Positions 1-12,600 of a DNA stretch of 64,000 nucleotides are shown piece after piece. A model generated the notes under the pieces. It did not search any database. It saw nothing but the letters and a program-made list of their open reading frames with translations, and was not told where the DNA came from. Source of the DNA: Ptychomitrium polyphyllum (Eukaryota); NCBI GenBank assembly GCA_973851085.1, contig OZ316775.1, forward strand, positions 248,001 to 312,000, written 5' to 3'. The first letter of the stretch is position 1, and each line of letters begins with the position of its first letter. The translations under genes were made by a program, and so were the position numbers.

Positions 1-2029
1 AAGTTTGAATGAATAATTTCCTTTGAATTGAGGCGGATTGGCAATTGAGTGTTATAGAGCTAGATTTATTGTATAATTTATAATTAAACATAGTATAATA
101 TATTTATATAAGAGCTGTCTTAAGAACAGCATGCAATTTTATTTATTAGAGCTTTGTGCAAGTTTTTGAGTTCTTTTTATATATTTTCTTTTGCTAATAG
201 ATTTTTTTGCATCATTTTGAATCTTCTTCTTCTTTATTGAATTAATTTGTATGTCCCTTGGAATCTAGTTTAGATTTGAGAGTAATTTTTGAAGATTATT
301 AAGTGGACAATATTGAAACCATTGTTTCATACTTTTAAATGTTGCCTAGTTGGTTATGCAATGACTTCCTAGTGGGAAATTCCTCAAAAGAATAATTTTT
401 CTTAATTAATTGATGAATCTTGTACAAAAGCGAATTAAAGCCAATTGACTCCTAGCCATTCATAAAATTCATCCATATAAGTAGCCCAAAATCTTTTGCT
501 TTACTTTGATGTCATTTACAAAAAAAAATTAACACTGCTGTATTGTTATAAATGTGATTTGAAGAAAAGTCAAATGCATCTTTTAAAAATGTAGAAAAAA
601 TAGCATTTTATTTAGGAAAGAAAAAAAGGACAAAAATTACAAGAATTGGGAGACCTTTGAAAACATCCAAAATTAAAAAATCCATAAAAGGTTGGTTAAA
701 ACAAAGTCCATTAAAAAAAAGCAATGGCCCAATGGAAATCTAAAATTAAATGAGATTGAATAATTAGAACAACAACAAAAAAAAGCAACAATGAATTAAA
801 TAAGAAAGACAAGAAAAATAAGAAAATTTGACATTCTACTTCTATATTCTAATCCTATACCATGTGGGTGGAGAAAGACAATTCCAACCATACATTAGTA
901 ATTTTTTTAATTCAAGATTTAAACACTTATGTGGTCTTATTCTTTAAAAAGACTCTATTGAAACTTGTTTTAATTTTTCATTATATATTCTATTTTCCAT
1001 TAAGTAGATTGGTGTTTATTATGTGAAGTTATTTCACAATTATAGAATCTTATGAAGCTTAAAGCACACAAATCATTATTTTGAGTAAATTTGTTCTAAT
1101 GTTATTTTAGTGACAAATTTTCATAAAAACTTTCAAGCATTTTAATTGAAATTTTTGTAACAATTATTTATACATTCATTTTTTTCAAAGATAAAAAGAT
1201 AAATTGAACTTAACTGCTTCGAAAACCTCTTTCATCAAGTACTTAGAAAAACTAATAATTCCAAAAATTTAAGAAACATATGTGTTACTATTTACAACTT
1301 ACTACATCTAGGAAATATCCTATCCATTATATTCTTTAATTACATAATCTTGCACCATGCAAACTCTAACACTAAACTCCAAAATATTCAACTTTGCCTA
1401 CAGTAGAGCATCTGCACACGTGCTGCAATGTGGTGGTGATGCAGGTCAGGCTCCTCGTAAGCAACCTTTCGCTTGTCACAGTCACAGATTCAAGCGGCCT
1501 GTACTAAATCCAAACAATAAAAAAGCATTCCAAAAATGTCAACTCCAGGTTCCTGTCGGCTTTATGGTCCTCTCCTCCTCAACCTCCCGGTCAAGTACTC
1601 GCAAACTCCTCCAGGAAAGCTGACCGCGAAAAGTAAGGAAAAGCACTCAACTACGAAAGTGGACAAGTACAGTAAACGTCATCCAAAAGAAGGAACAATT
1701 GAAAGTCGGCACTTTGGGAGCAGTGCGGTGTAAAGGGTCGGGAGGTGCCAACTCGGCAAAGCGAGGCAGGCTATCAGAGCAGGTAACTCATTGGGAGGGA
1801 AGGCGCTGGGAGCTCACGACAGAGCACCGGAGAGTGAGTCCTTGGACCCAAGCACCCTCGTGATTCAATTTACACTCCTGAGGGGCCCTGTACTACCCTA
1901 ACTTGCTCCTTCCACCTTTTCTCTTTTTCATTCCCTTGCGCAGGCGGGGGTGCACTCTTCCGCAGCAGCAGTCACTCTCTCGCAAGCCCGGATATTCACG
2001 GTGCTTGTGTCCTCGCAGGCTCCAATTTC

Positions 2030-2037
2030 TAGGGTTT
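2030..2037. promoter_or_regulatory. Telo-box (TAGGGTTT = AAACCCTA reversed) about 20 nt upstream of the eIF4B start codon
   Basis: Exact motif at 2030-2037. Telo-boxes are known to be enriched near plant translation and ribosome-biogenesis genes. Confidence 0.5.
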
Positions 2038-2056
2038 CGCCACGCAGGTCGGAGCC

Positions 2057-3985
2057 ATGGCCAGGGCGTGGGGCGGTGCGGGCGCGTGGGCGGCCGAGGC
2101 CGAGCTCGCGGACCAGGAGGCCAAGGAGCGCGAGGCGCAGACGTACAAGGCGCCAGGCAGCGTGAAGGAGGAGGCCTTCCCGTCGCTGGGCGACTCGCTG
2201 AGCACCAAGCCCACCAAGAAGAAGAACAAGAGCGTCACGGTGTCATTGAGCGAGCTCATGGTGGGCAAGTACGTCGGGCCCGGCGGCAAGCAGCGCAGCT
2301 CGTACACTGATAGCGCGAAGCTGACGACGGAGGAGCTGCTGTCGCTGCCCACAGGGCCGCGCGAGCGTGCGGAGGATGAGGCGCCGATCGGCGGGCTCGG
2401 GGGCGGGTTCAAGGACTACGGGGGGTTCCGCGGGGGGGCCAACGACCGGGGCGGCGAGAGGGAGGAGCGGCGTGGGGGCTTCGGCGGAGGCTATGGCGGG
2501 GACCGTGATCGGGAGGGCGGTGGTGGCGGGTTCGGGCGCGACCGCAGCCGCGAGCGCGACGATGGGCCGTCGCGCGCGGACTCGGACGACAAGTGGGGGG
2601 CGACGAAGAAGTTCGTGCCGTCGCTGCCGAGCGAGCGGGGCACGGCAGATAGGGGTGGCGAGAGGGGTGGATATGAGGAGGATCGTGGGCGCGGCGGGAG
2701 GCTGAGCGACCGCGACATGCCGTCGCGCGCCGACGAGGTGGACAACTGGGGATCGACGAAGAAGTTCGTGCCCGCGGCGGCTGCAGTGGGGGCGGGCGGT
2801 GACGGATACAATGACCGGAGGTCGTCAGGCAGGTATGAGCGGCGAATGGTGGTTGTTAGGGTTTGGGGGTGCTTGGGGTGGGAGATGGGGAGCGGCAGGG
2901 GTTGCGGAGTGGTGGCAGTTTGAGAGAGGGTGGTGGCACAATGTGGCACATTTGGAGAGATGTTTTGGGCGGGGTTTAGAAAGTGCGTGCAATGTGATGA
3001 CTGGATTAGGGCGTGAATGGTGTTTGCAATGATTTGTGCGTGTGTCCAGGCATTCATTCGGGCACGGGCATGGGCACGAGTGGTAGAGTAGAGTAGGTAG
3101 CGGAGCGTGGTAGTAGAGTTGCGAAGTTGGAAGCTTTGGCAGTAGACCGGGAATGGGTGCAGAGTGGCAGCATTGGAGAGGGTGAGGGCAGTGTCCAAAT
3201 CGTGAGTTTCGGGGTGAGTTGCTGATTTTGGCATATGGATTTACAGATACGAGGAGCGTAGGGTAAGCATGGGGGGATTCGACGACCATCCTCGCAGCGA
3301 CCGGGACATGGTGTCTCGCGCCGACGAGGTGGACAATTGGGGGAAGGGAAAGAAGTTCGTGCCGAGCGCGGTTCCTCCGACCCGAGGCGCGAGCGGTGGA
3401 TTCGACTCGACGTACAGGGAAGCAGGCGCCGATGCCGATCGGTGGGCACGGAAGGAGCCCGTAGCTCGGGATCCGGAACAGCCGCGTGTGTCGGAGAGGC
3501 CCCGTTTGAAGTTGGCACCGCGCAGCGTGCCGGTGGACAGTCCCCCTCGACCGGCTTCGGCCTCAGCGGAGGTGAACGGGGAGAAGGAGGGCGGAGATGT
3601 GGAGCAGCTGTTGAGCCCAGCTCAGAAACCGAAGGCGCGTTTCAACCCGTTTGGTGCGGCTCGGCCGCGGGAGGAGATATTGGCGGAGAAGGGGCAGGAC
3701 TATCGGAAGATTGACGCAGATCTTGAGGTGCCGCGGGAAAGGTTCGGAAGGCCTGGGAGCAGCCACTCGAACCGGCCGGGGAGCAGCCACTCGACACGGC
3801 CGGGGAGCCGGCCTGGGACACCCGGGGGAGTGTCGAGCAGGCCCGGGACTCCCGAAGTGCCCCGATCAAGGCCGAGTCCGTTCGGCGAGGCACGACCAAG
3901 GGATATCAACTTGGTGGAGGCAAGAGGCAAGGATTCACAGACACTGAACGTGGATCTTGAGCGGCGGCTGGCAGAGGAGAGGTAG
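2057..3985 (+). CDS. eIF4B: Plant-type eukaryotic translation initiation factor 4B. Exon 1 2057-2832, exon 2 3247-3985. A possible extra terminal exon 4247-4292 would use the donor at 3982.
   Basis: Plant eIF4B motifs: N-terminal WGGAGAWAAEAE, AFPSL, KKK..SLSE, LPTGPRER, three SRAD(E/S)xDxWG..KKFVP repeats, ERPRLKLAPR, NPFGAARPREEILAEKG. Donor AG|GTATGA at 2833 and acceptor TTACAG|A at 3246 join the 2057 and 3269 ORFs in frame (..GR|YEERRVSMGG..). Confidence 0.9.
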
Positions 3986-6900
3986 TTACGATTACTGCTG
4001 TTGGTGCTTTTGCTTTTTTAGTGGAACTCTTTTGTTTTTGCGGTCCCCTTTTTTCTCACGTTTGCAAGCAGTTGTAGTTTTGGAGTTGATAGTGGTGTTA
4101 TTAATTTGAGATTTGCAGTTTAATTCCATGATGAGTAGGTTCTTGGGGGTCCGACTATTTATTTTGTTAGTTGTATGTGGGTTTTGTTTTGTTTGAAGTT
4201 TGCTTGCGGAGTTTTTGATAGTCATTTTCTTTGTTTATTGTTTCAGTGTTAATGAATGCAGTGATGGAAGTTCTGCTGGTGCTGTGGTGTAAATGAGAAA
4301 GGCAATCGCAGTGTAGGTACAGTTTATGCTATTTTTGTAGTGGAGTATGTGAACCCACATTTTTATCAGAGAGTTAGTTTTGAATTGACCATTAGATTGG
4401 TCATTTGGGAGACACTTGGATCTTAAATTTATTTAAGAGGTCTCTGCATTTTATAGCTGTTGGCTGTTAGTGGCAATGGTTATGATGTTTACGAGAGGTC
4501 AGTGTAATTGTGGGTGCTAGTCTCTTCATCTTTGTAACCTTGGTTACATTCTTCGTTATTTTAGGTCATTCGACTTCAATGCTTAGCAAGAAGCTTCATG
4601 TGGTTATGAGAAGGGCGTCTGTAGCAGTTAGTGGAGATAATTTCCTATTTTGGCACGCTCTTTCTCATTCGGATATTTTGTACTCTTTAAAATTTCTCTT
4701 GATTTCTTCTTGGCACATCTTTGCAAGAGGCAGCAAATTTATTGAATTGAAAACTTGGGTTGCTAGTTGTTGCCATATTTTATTTCTTATTATGTAACTG
4801 TAATTGATACATAATTATGTAACTGTAGTTATGCCATTTTGTTATTTGTGGCATTTAATCTTGTTTGATCAATAAAAAGTGTGGTCCTCATAATTCATCG
4901 AGACTTTCTGGACTTTGATTTTATTGGAGGTATCTCTATCTAATGCTTGATAACATTGTAGTATACTGTTCCTTAGCATGACTGCAGAAAACTTATAATT
5001 TCCTTCTTGTTTATGCCGATGCCTGGATTTTATTTCTGTAAGAATGCTTCAGCAGGGTTGTGACATTCGTAAGCACCAAGACCAACAGGACTAAAAGAGT
5101 ACACCTCTTCTTCCAAGTGGTAAACATTGTCTATAGCTGTATTTGTAGTAGTGTTGCATGTGGCTACAGATGTTATGGTCAAGTTTAGGGAACATTTTTG
5201 ATTTCTCTGAATAGGTGCATGGGCTTTTTGTTTGAATGAGATGTATTTGTGGTCGTTAATCCGTAAAGGTCACTACATTTCTCTCATTTTTAGCATTATT
5301 TTTCTCACATCAGCTTTTGTACTTTCAAGGAAATGCAGTACTTAAAAAAAATATGCAATAAAATATGCAATATTTAAGTATTGCATTTATGAGAATACCT
5401 TTTCTTTCTTTTTGTACCCTATATCAAGATGAAGTAAAATATGTTTTTTGACTTATTCAAATTGGCAAACTTCTCACATCTTTTCATAACTACTAATAAC
5501 CACAAATAACCACAAAGTAGCTCATTTGAATTGTTAACAATTATGTTATTAACAATCTTGATTTATATATTAATATTATGTTGCTTATAATAACTTTAAT
5601 AGTTTTCTCAAATTTAAATCTTAGTTATGCATATCTTCCATTCAAATTACTTAAAAAACGAGTTTGGAATGATAAAATATAGTAAAACTTGAGAGATTTT
5701 AAGAAAAATTATATTCATAAAAAATTTCTAATTAAATTAATTTTTTATGAGAAATTTTGAATCTAAGCAAGTAAAAGGCTTAATTTGGACCTTTATGACC
5801 TTTAAAGATTAAAACAACACATTTGAATTTTTTTTTCTAAAATATGCATAGTAAATGAAATTAATAAGGTGGCCACATGTTGTAATGTTATGTTATTTGA
5901 CATAGGTTTCTATTTAATTGATAAACTAAAAAATTAAAGAAACTAGAAGTAAAAAATTATAAACAATAAAGAAATTAAAAATAAACAAAAATTAGGAAAC
6001 AATAAAAAATAAACAATAAAAGTTTTTAATTAAAAAAATAAAAGTAAACAATAAATAATAAACAATACAAAAAATTTTAAGATAAGAAGGAAAAAATCAA
6101 AAATAAAAATAAGTTTTACAAATATGGATAAATGGACATACCAAACTACAAGGTTTGTTTTGTATTTTGAACAAAAACCTAAAACATATGGCAATACCAT
6201 TTAAATGTATGAATCACTATTATAATTATATATTAAAAAACAATTCCTTGACTAGTATCACGAAGTGTTTTTTGTATAAATGATAATTTTTAGCAATTAT
6301 TGATACAAATATCAAAATACTCTAGGTTTAAAGAATGATTGGAGAAGTTTGGGCACCTATAATAAACTAAGATTTGGCTTCAAAGAGCTTAACTAGCTTT
6401 GAATGGATTGAGCTCTTCAACCAAGTCTTGACATTCCAAAAGCTCTTCATTACTTTATTGAATTCAATTTTTAAATTTGTGTTTATTCCATTTTATAACA
6501 AAAATGATTGTTTTGCAAAACATTCTTTTTGGAGATGTTTTAATAGTTAATTTAAATTATATATTGAAAAAACTATTATATATTATGTGAGATTTGAACA
6601 CGTTTTTATACTACATTAAATGTATTATGCATATAATTGATGTCAAGAGATACATCATTAAGTGCCAAGCCACATTGAATAACTATAATATATAGTTTAA
6701 TGAAAAACCTTATTCATCTGTTAAGTGTAATAGTTTTTATAATAGGATCTCATAATTGGATCTATTAAAGCATAAAAGGAAGTTTTTGAATTGTGATATT
6801 TTTTGTGTCACTCATAAATTATTTGGGCACTCTTAATATAATTTTATTTTTATTGTCACAAATCTTATGGCAAACAATTGCAAGAAGGTGCTTGTTGTTT

Positions 6901-7139
6901 TGCTCCATTTTTGAAGTTTGCAGTTTTTTGTTTGAAAAACATGATTTAATTTTGGATTTTTAAATTTTGTATACAATACCTTGCCTTATAATAGGCATTG
7001 TGGCCATCAATTTACGGTGTTGCCATCACTTTTGTATTGTACATGAATTCTATTCTATGTATTTGTCCAAATAATCATTTGTGGAGTAAACTAAGAATCA
7101 ATATTTTCAATCTCTTTCGTCAAAGTACTTGGTGATGTT

Positions 7140-8150
7140 ATTGAGAATTTTGAGCCATTGGTAGAAATCAATAATGCTTTGGAGCTTGTTTTGCCTTTGG
7201 ATACCACCAAAAAGCTTCAACTTTCTAATGAGGGAACATTTGATAAGATGGACAACGACCTTTACAACATGGTGAAGGGTTGGTTCTTAAAGTGGATAGA
7301 GGGCATTTCTTTGTTTTATTCAAAGTTGAAATTTTAAACTTGGATGAAAGAAAAGCGCCAGCAATCCTCTAACTTCAATGACTCATATGTATTTGAAAAG
7401 CTACCATAACATTTGACACATGAAGCACTCCAAACTTATGGGAAATGGAGTGAAGAGCACTTGCTTCAATTGTACAAGATAAAGTGCTATTAGAAATCTT
7501 GTATTGAGCTCATTTTTGCCTCAAGAAAGGTGCTATTGCCAATGTGACTCTTATGGTGCTTAAAAACACTAAGGAGAAGGCCTTAGTGGTTGGACTATCA
7601 TCAAGGAACAATAGTCCATTTACCTTATCATGGATGGCGTAAGTTGTGCATGTGGCTTTTAATTGTAGTAGGATAGCTACCAATGTTTGGTCCATTGTAA
7701 TTATTTATTGCACATTTGGAAATTAGATGTAAAGGCTTTAGATGTAATCAAATGCAATACATTCAAGACTTTCAATGTAAAAAAGAAGATACATCATATA
7801 TTATGTATTCTTATTTGGCACAATTTGTAATGGAATCTAGAGATTTATTTACCAAGAACCAAGATCTTTTTGTCCAAGATTACCGAACAACTTAAGAATT
7901 TGGCTACAACAAAGATCATTTTCAAATATGATGGCAAGGCAACATTAGCAAAGCATTTTTCATAGTTGAAATTGCTAAAGTTGAAAAATGTGGCACATCT
8001 CTTTGCCAATATGATGCCATTGCTATGATTTTTTAAATGATAAATAATGCTAAGACAAAGATGATTGCTACTGCCAACTTGGCAAACATTAAGTTTAAGA
8101 AGATTTTGCACTATAGTGTGATAATGGTAGTGGTAATGGTAGTGATACCA
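7140..8150 (+). mobile_element. Heavily decayed gag relic related to the outer Gypsy element at 38767-54447
   Basis: Colinear nucleotide similarity to about 40145-41190. ACTTGGATGAAAGAAAAGCGCCAGC (~7338) matches ACTTGGATGAAAAAGAAGCGCCAGC (~40339). TTTGTAATGGAATCTAGAG..CAAGATCTTTTTGTCCAAGATT (~7824-7881) matches ~40849-40914. Many stops. Boundaries approximate. Confidence 0.8.
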
Positions 8151-9686
8151 AAGATGTTCCCATTTATTTCAAAAAAGAGGTAAGCTTAGTAAATAAAGAT
8201 TGTTTGAGAAGAATGCAAAGGTAGCAAAGGCATAGGAGAAAATCACAAGAAAAAAGTCAAGTGATCTCATTTTGTTAGGCTTGATTTGTTAGGCTTGATT
8301 AAAGTGAGGATCATTATTTTATTTTGCATCTAACTAGCAACCTATTTTTTTAGAAGGAATACACATAGTACAAGGCATCATATCTTTCTTAATAATATTA
8401 TTGTAAATTAGATTTAAAGTCTTGCAAACAGATCCAAAGGCTCAAAATGCGAAGTGTAAAAAGGTTATTGTGTACATGTTTAGAGGAAGGAGTGGTAGGC
8501 AAAATTCTTGAATAATAGTAATTTAAATTTTGCACATTATTGGGCTATTTGGGTTGATTTTGATACAACTGAAGAGCACTTCAGAAGGAGGCGTGCATAT
8601 TGATGCTTTTACAGCTTCTAAAAGTATAGTATGGAAAATACTGAAGCTTTTAGACTTTTCTACCTGAATCTATGTGGGCCAACAGCACATGGTTTTCTAG
8701 GATTACTGGACGAGTGAAGTCTTAATAATTGACGAATCAGAGGGGGTCGACAATCTCAGAACAAACATCAATATTGAAAGATTGAGTAAATATAAGTGGC
8801 TTGTAAAATCGATGAAGTTGCACGTTACAGTATTATTAATAGTCTTATCTTCGAAAATACAGTATTTTGGGCAATCATATATTCTCATTATTTTGGACGC
8901 AAAAGAACGAAACCTCATTGCAAACCGGCTGACTATTGTACACATGAAACAGTCTAGACAGTGGTTTTCATCAAAACAAAGCGATAATGACACTGATCAC
9001 AAGCCTATTGGACGTTCCAGATTTTTGACTACCGGTAGTTACATATTGTAGAGTACTACACAAAGACCATGCCACCAAACAACATACTGTAAAAATAGGA
9101 TCCTCAATATTGAACACAGTGGTATCTCTACATCGCAAGTCTATCCGTAGAGACGGACACAAATAGTCAAACGACTGGTGTAGGCACTTTTCTTTACATT
9201 GCCAACCAGTTGAACACTACAACACACAGTACCCTGTATTTCAATATGACCATACAAAGATTAGTGCTCCGGGTCTATACGAGGCAATCTACCGAGGAAC
9301 AAGGTCATAAAGAAGTGCTACGAACAAAAAGTTGGAAGAAACGAGCACCACCTAGGTCTTCACCGATAGGTCAGTTCCGACAATGATGAAATTTTTACCT
9401 TCACGTAAAGGCCCGCAAAAATACCTCTAGTGAATACCAAGAAATTCTACTCACCTACGAATTGCAACGCTGGAGTTTACGAACACTAAAGCGCTGCTAA
9501 CTTGTACGTTCAATTTGAGAACTTACTATTCACCTAGAGAAGAAAGCCCGTTTCAAGCTGTATTTCCGAAGAGCTAAATCAGAATGATTAGCAGTAAACC
9601 ATCCTTAATTGGAATTCCTGTTGTAGAACAGTCAAGAGTAGCACCGCATCTGGCTGTAACATTTGCTTGAGACAGTATCGGACAGT

Positions 9687-12600
9687 TTAATTCAGGTCCA
9701 TGATATCCCCAGCGCCCAGTGTGTCACTCTCGTGACGCACTGCATTGTATTTCTCTGCAAGAGAGCCTACCTTGACCACATGGTTCATGAAAGATTTGAA
9801 TCGCAGTGTAGGCTCCCCACTGCCAGATACATCCAGAGTCAGAAACATCTAATACTGGACAATGTGAAAACCAAGCTTCCCAAGAAATTTGGATTGAATG
9901 ACTCAACAGAAGTGAAGGACAGAGTACTTAACTCAACAACACACTTGAAGGAACCAAGATGTTAAAATGTTCCACCAATGGAGGTACCTCTTGTGAAAGC
10001 TACTGGACACGAAAGCCTACCTTATTCGGTTTAGAGAGTCAATTGCACGAAGTGCACTTCGGATCATGTCCTCATTGCGGTCAACCTCTTGCTTCACAGC
10101 ATCAGGTTTTGTCTTGTGTTGAATTGTCTTTTCCAAGGGGTCCACAAGAGCATCCATCACTATATCAAAAGAGCCACTTGTCATGGTCTTTTACTAAAAT
10201 CGGCAAATTTCAGCAGTTCGTGAATCAACATCAAAACCAGCTAAAAATCAGCAATCAAAACTTGAACGTATCTCGCACTTCTACATTAGAAGTCAGAACT
10301 TACCAGCCAAAACTGCACCCCCACACTTAGCTGCCAATTTTGATAGGATTAAGTGGCATGGCATTTTGACATCATAGTGATCTGCACAAACCAAAAATAA
10401 CGGCAATGTGTTGTTCTGAGTCCTATAATTCCAAATGATAGCATTAACAGAGAACACACCGGGTTCTAAACCACAATTCCAGCCCACAATCCGAAATATC
10501 TTCTAAATAGGCTTAAGAAATTCCTTGTTAATGGATTCATATGGAAATATGTCAATCACACAAAATCAGGAACAAACCTGCTAAACCAGACAGCAGGTGA
10601 GGAGTGATGAAAAGTGAAGGATCAATTTTGTCCAGACAGCTGTCAAGCAGGGTATCCACGCATTCAAAAGCTCCCTTTCTAAGTTCCAACCCATCATCCA
10701 CAATATGCTTGAAGGGCCCAAGATCGACTGTCCTAATGAGCTCTTTCTGCACACCCAACAATGTTCAAAAATTTTACGCTAAACTCTTTCTGCATAGAGG
10801 AGAACTGCACAGGAAACAACCAAAAACAATACAAGGCTACAATCCCTTAAAAATCAGACCAAAACCGCCGCAATGAATTAGTTTTATAAAAGCAAGTCCA
10901 TGACCACCACGTAAACTTCCTATGGACTAATCCACAACGGTAAACTTCATGGAGAAGAGAGAACTGATGCACCTTGACTACTGTTTGATCATAGAGGAGT
11001 GGCAATAATGTAGGCAGTAAGTCCTTCACTAGTGCAGGCTTGTTATGAGCTGCTGTACTCAACGCTGACACTGCAGCCCTTCGTACATGCTGCATTACAA
11101 TCCGCGTCAGTCAAAAAGTGCAAGAATTTCCTACTCTGAATCATGATGGGACAGTATAATGACTCGGTACTGTCCCAAGTACTATATCACATATTACATA
11201 TGATGCACCTGACTCTACCCACATTAGAGAGACAAGAACTACGAGCACTTCAGAAGATATAACAGTCGTTAAAATAGTATTTTAGTCATTAGTTTGAAAA
11301 GAATTATCTCTCAGTTCAGTGTAGGCAAAGAAGGTCTTACTCTGTCTTCATCCTTAATGAGAAGCAAAAATGAAGAGATACATGACTTGACGTAGGAGTC
11401 AATAGGTTGTGGTCGCTCAACGATTGTATATTTAATTGCAATAACCACTGTGGCTCTAGTATAAGCTGAAGGACTAGCTGTGCGTTCCTGCAACAACATC
11501 CGATGGACATATATCAGATATTAAAAACTTTAAAAAAATCAATAAGAGTATCAGCAATAGTTGACAGTGAACATTAAAATTGGAAATCTAGTTCAACCAA
11601 CTTAGACAATAAGAAGTGCGCAGAGCCAACCTTAAGGGCTGGTACCAATTTCTCAGGTTCAATGAGTGCCAATTTTCCCAGACACTCCGCTACAACATTG
11701 CGAACCCCTTCCTCTTCGCTTTCGCAATGTGTAAATAGCAAACTCAGAATCTTCTGAACATCTGCGTCTTGCAAATCCATGTTTCCTTTTGCTTCACCGT
11801 CCATAGATTGGCGTGCTATGACCTGGAACACACTTTTTGAGAATAAATACAGTTCAAATTGAAATGAACAAATGGAACAAACTGCTTGACGGGCGAATAG
11901 CTTCTTACCTCTTTCAAGGAATGGAGCAGCAGATATTGAAGTTTAGCCTGACGGTCAATTTGGCTGAGGATGAAAGGCAGATACAAAGCCAGGTTACCAA
12001 CAGCAATATTACCCAGTGCATATGATGCGGCAGCCTTAATCTCCTCGGATGGGGACTGAAAGGATCTAATCACGACACTTTCTATGTTGGGGTGGCCACT
12101 TAAGTCCTTCCGTCTACCAATTTCCCCTAGGCATAACAAAGATAACAGCTGGGTCTGCAGTAGATAACCAGGGATCAATCATTTGAAATATTTAAACAAA
12201 TTGAACATGCAGAAGGTCTATAAACAGCAAGATTCAAACGAGACAACTCTGCAGATTATGTCATGCATAGTTATTTTTAAAGACATATCAATAAGAACCG
12301 CTTAACTATTGAGAAGAATTGAAGGTAGACAACATTATTTGATAAATAAAAACTAAGTAAGGAATATAACTCACTGCATCCGTGCCATTGCTAGTCTTTA
12401 AAGTAGTAACCAACATGCTCACAGTCTGTGAACACATGGCCTCTCCAGCTGCCAAACACAACACAGCCGCACATTGCGCAGTCGAATGGAATGCCTGCTT
12501 GCTGGCAGGCCCACCAGGAGATGCACTCCTTGCCGTAGAAAGTAAAGCTTCTAATAATGTGTCAAAACTTGTATTTGCTGATTGCACCAGGGCCGCAAAA

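Noticed and set aside
1357..1733. Short ORFs upstream of eIF4B
   Set aside because: No recognisable motifs; this is probably promoter sequence.
2029..3930. Long antisense and alternative-frame ORFs over eIF4B
   Set aside because: Shadow ORFs expected from GC-rich coding DNA.
11147..11176. 10-bp inverted repeat TGGGACAGTA..TACTGTCCCA in a CAND1 intron
   Set aside because: Too short for a miRNA precursor or MITE, and no TSD.
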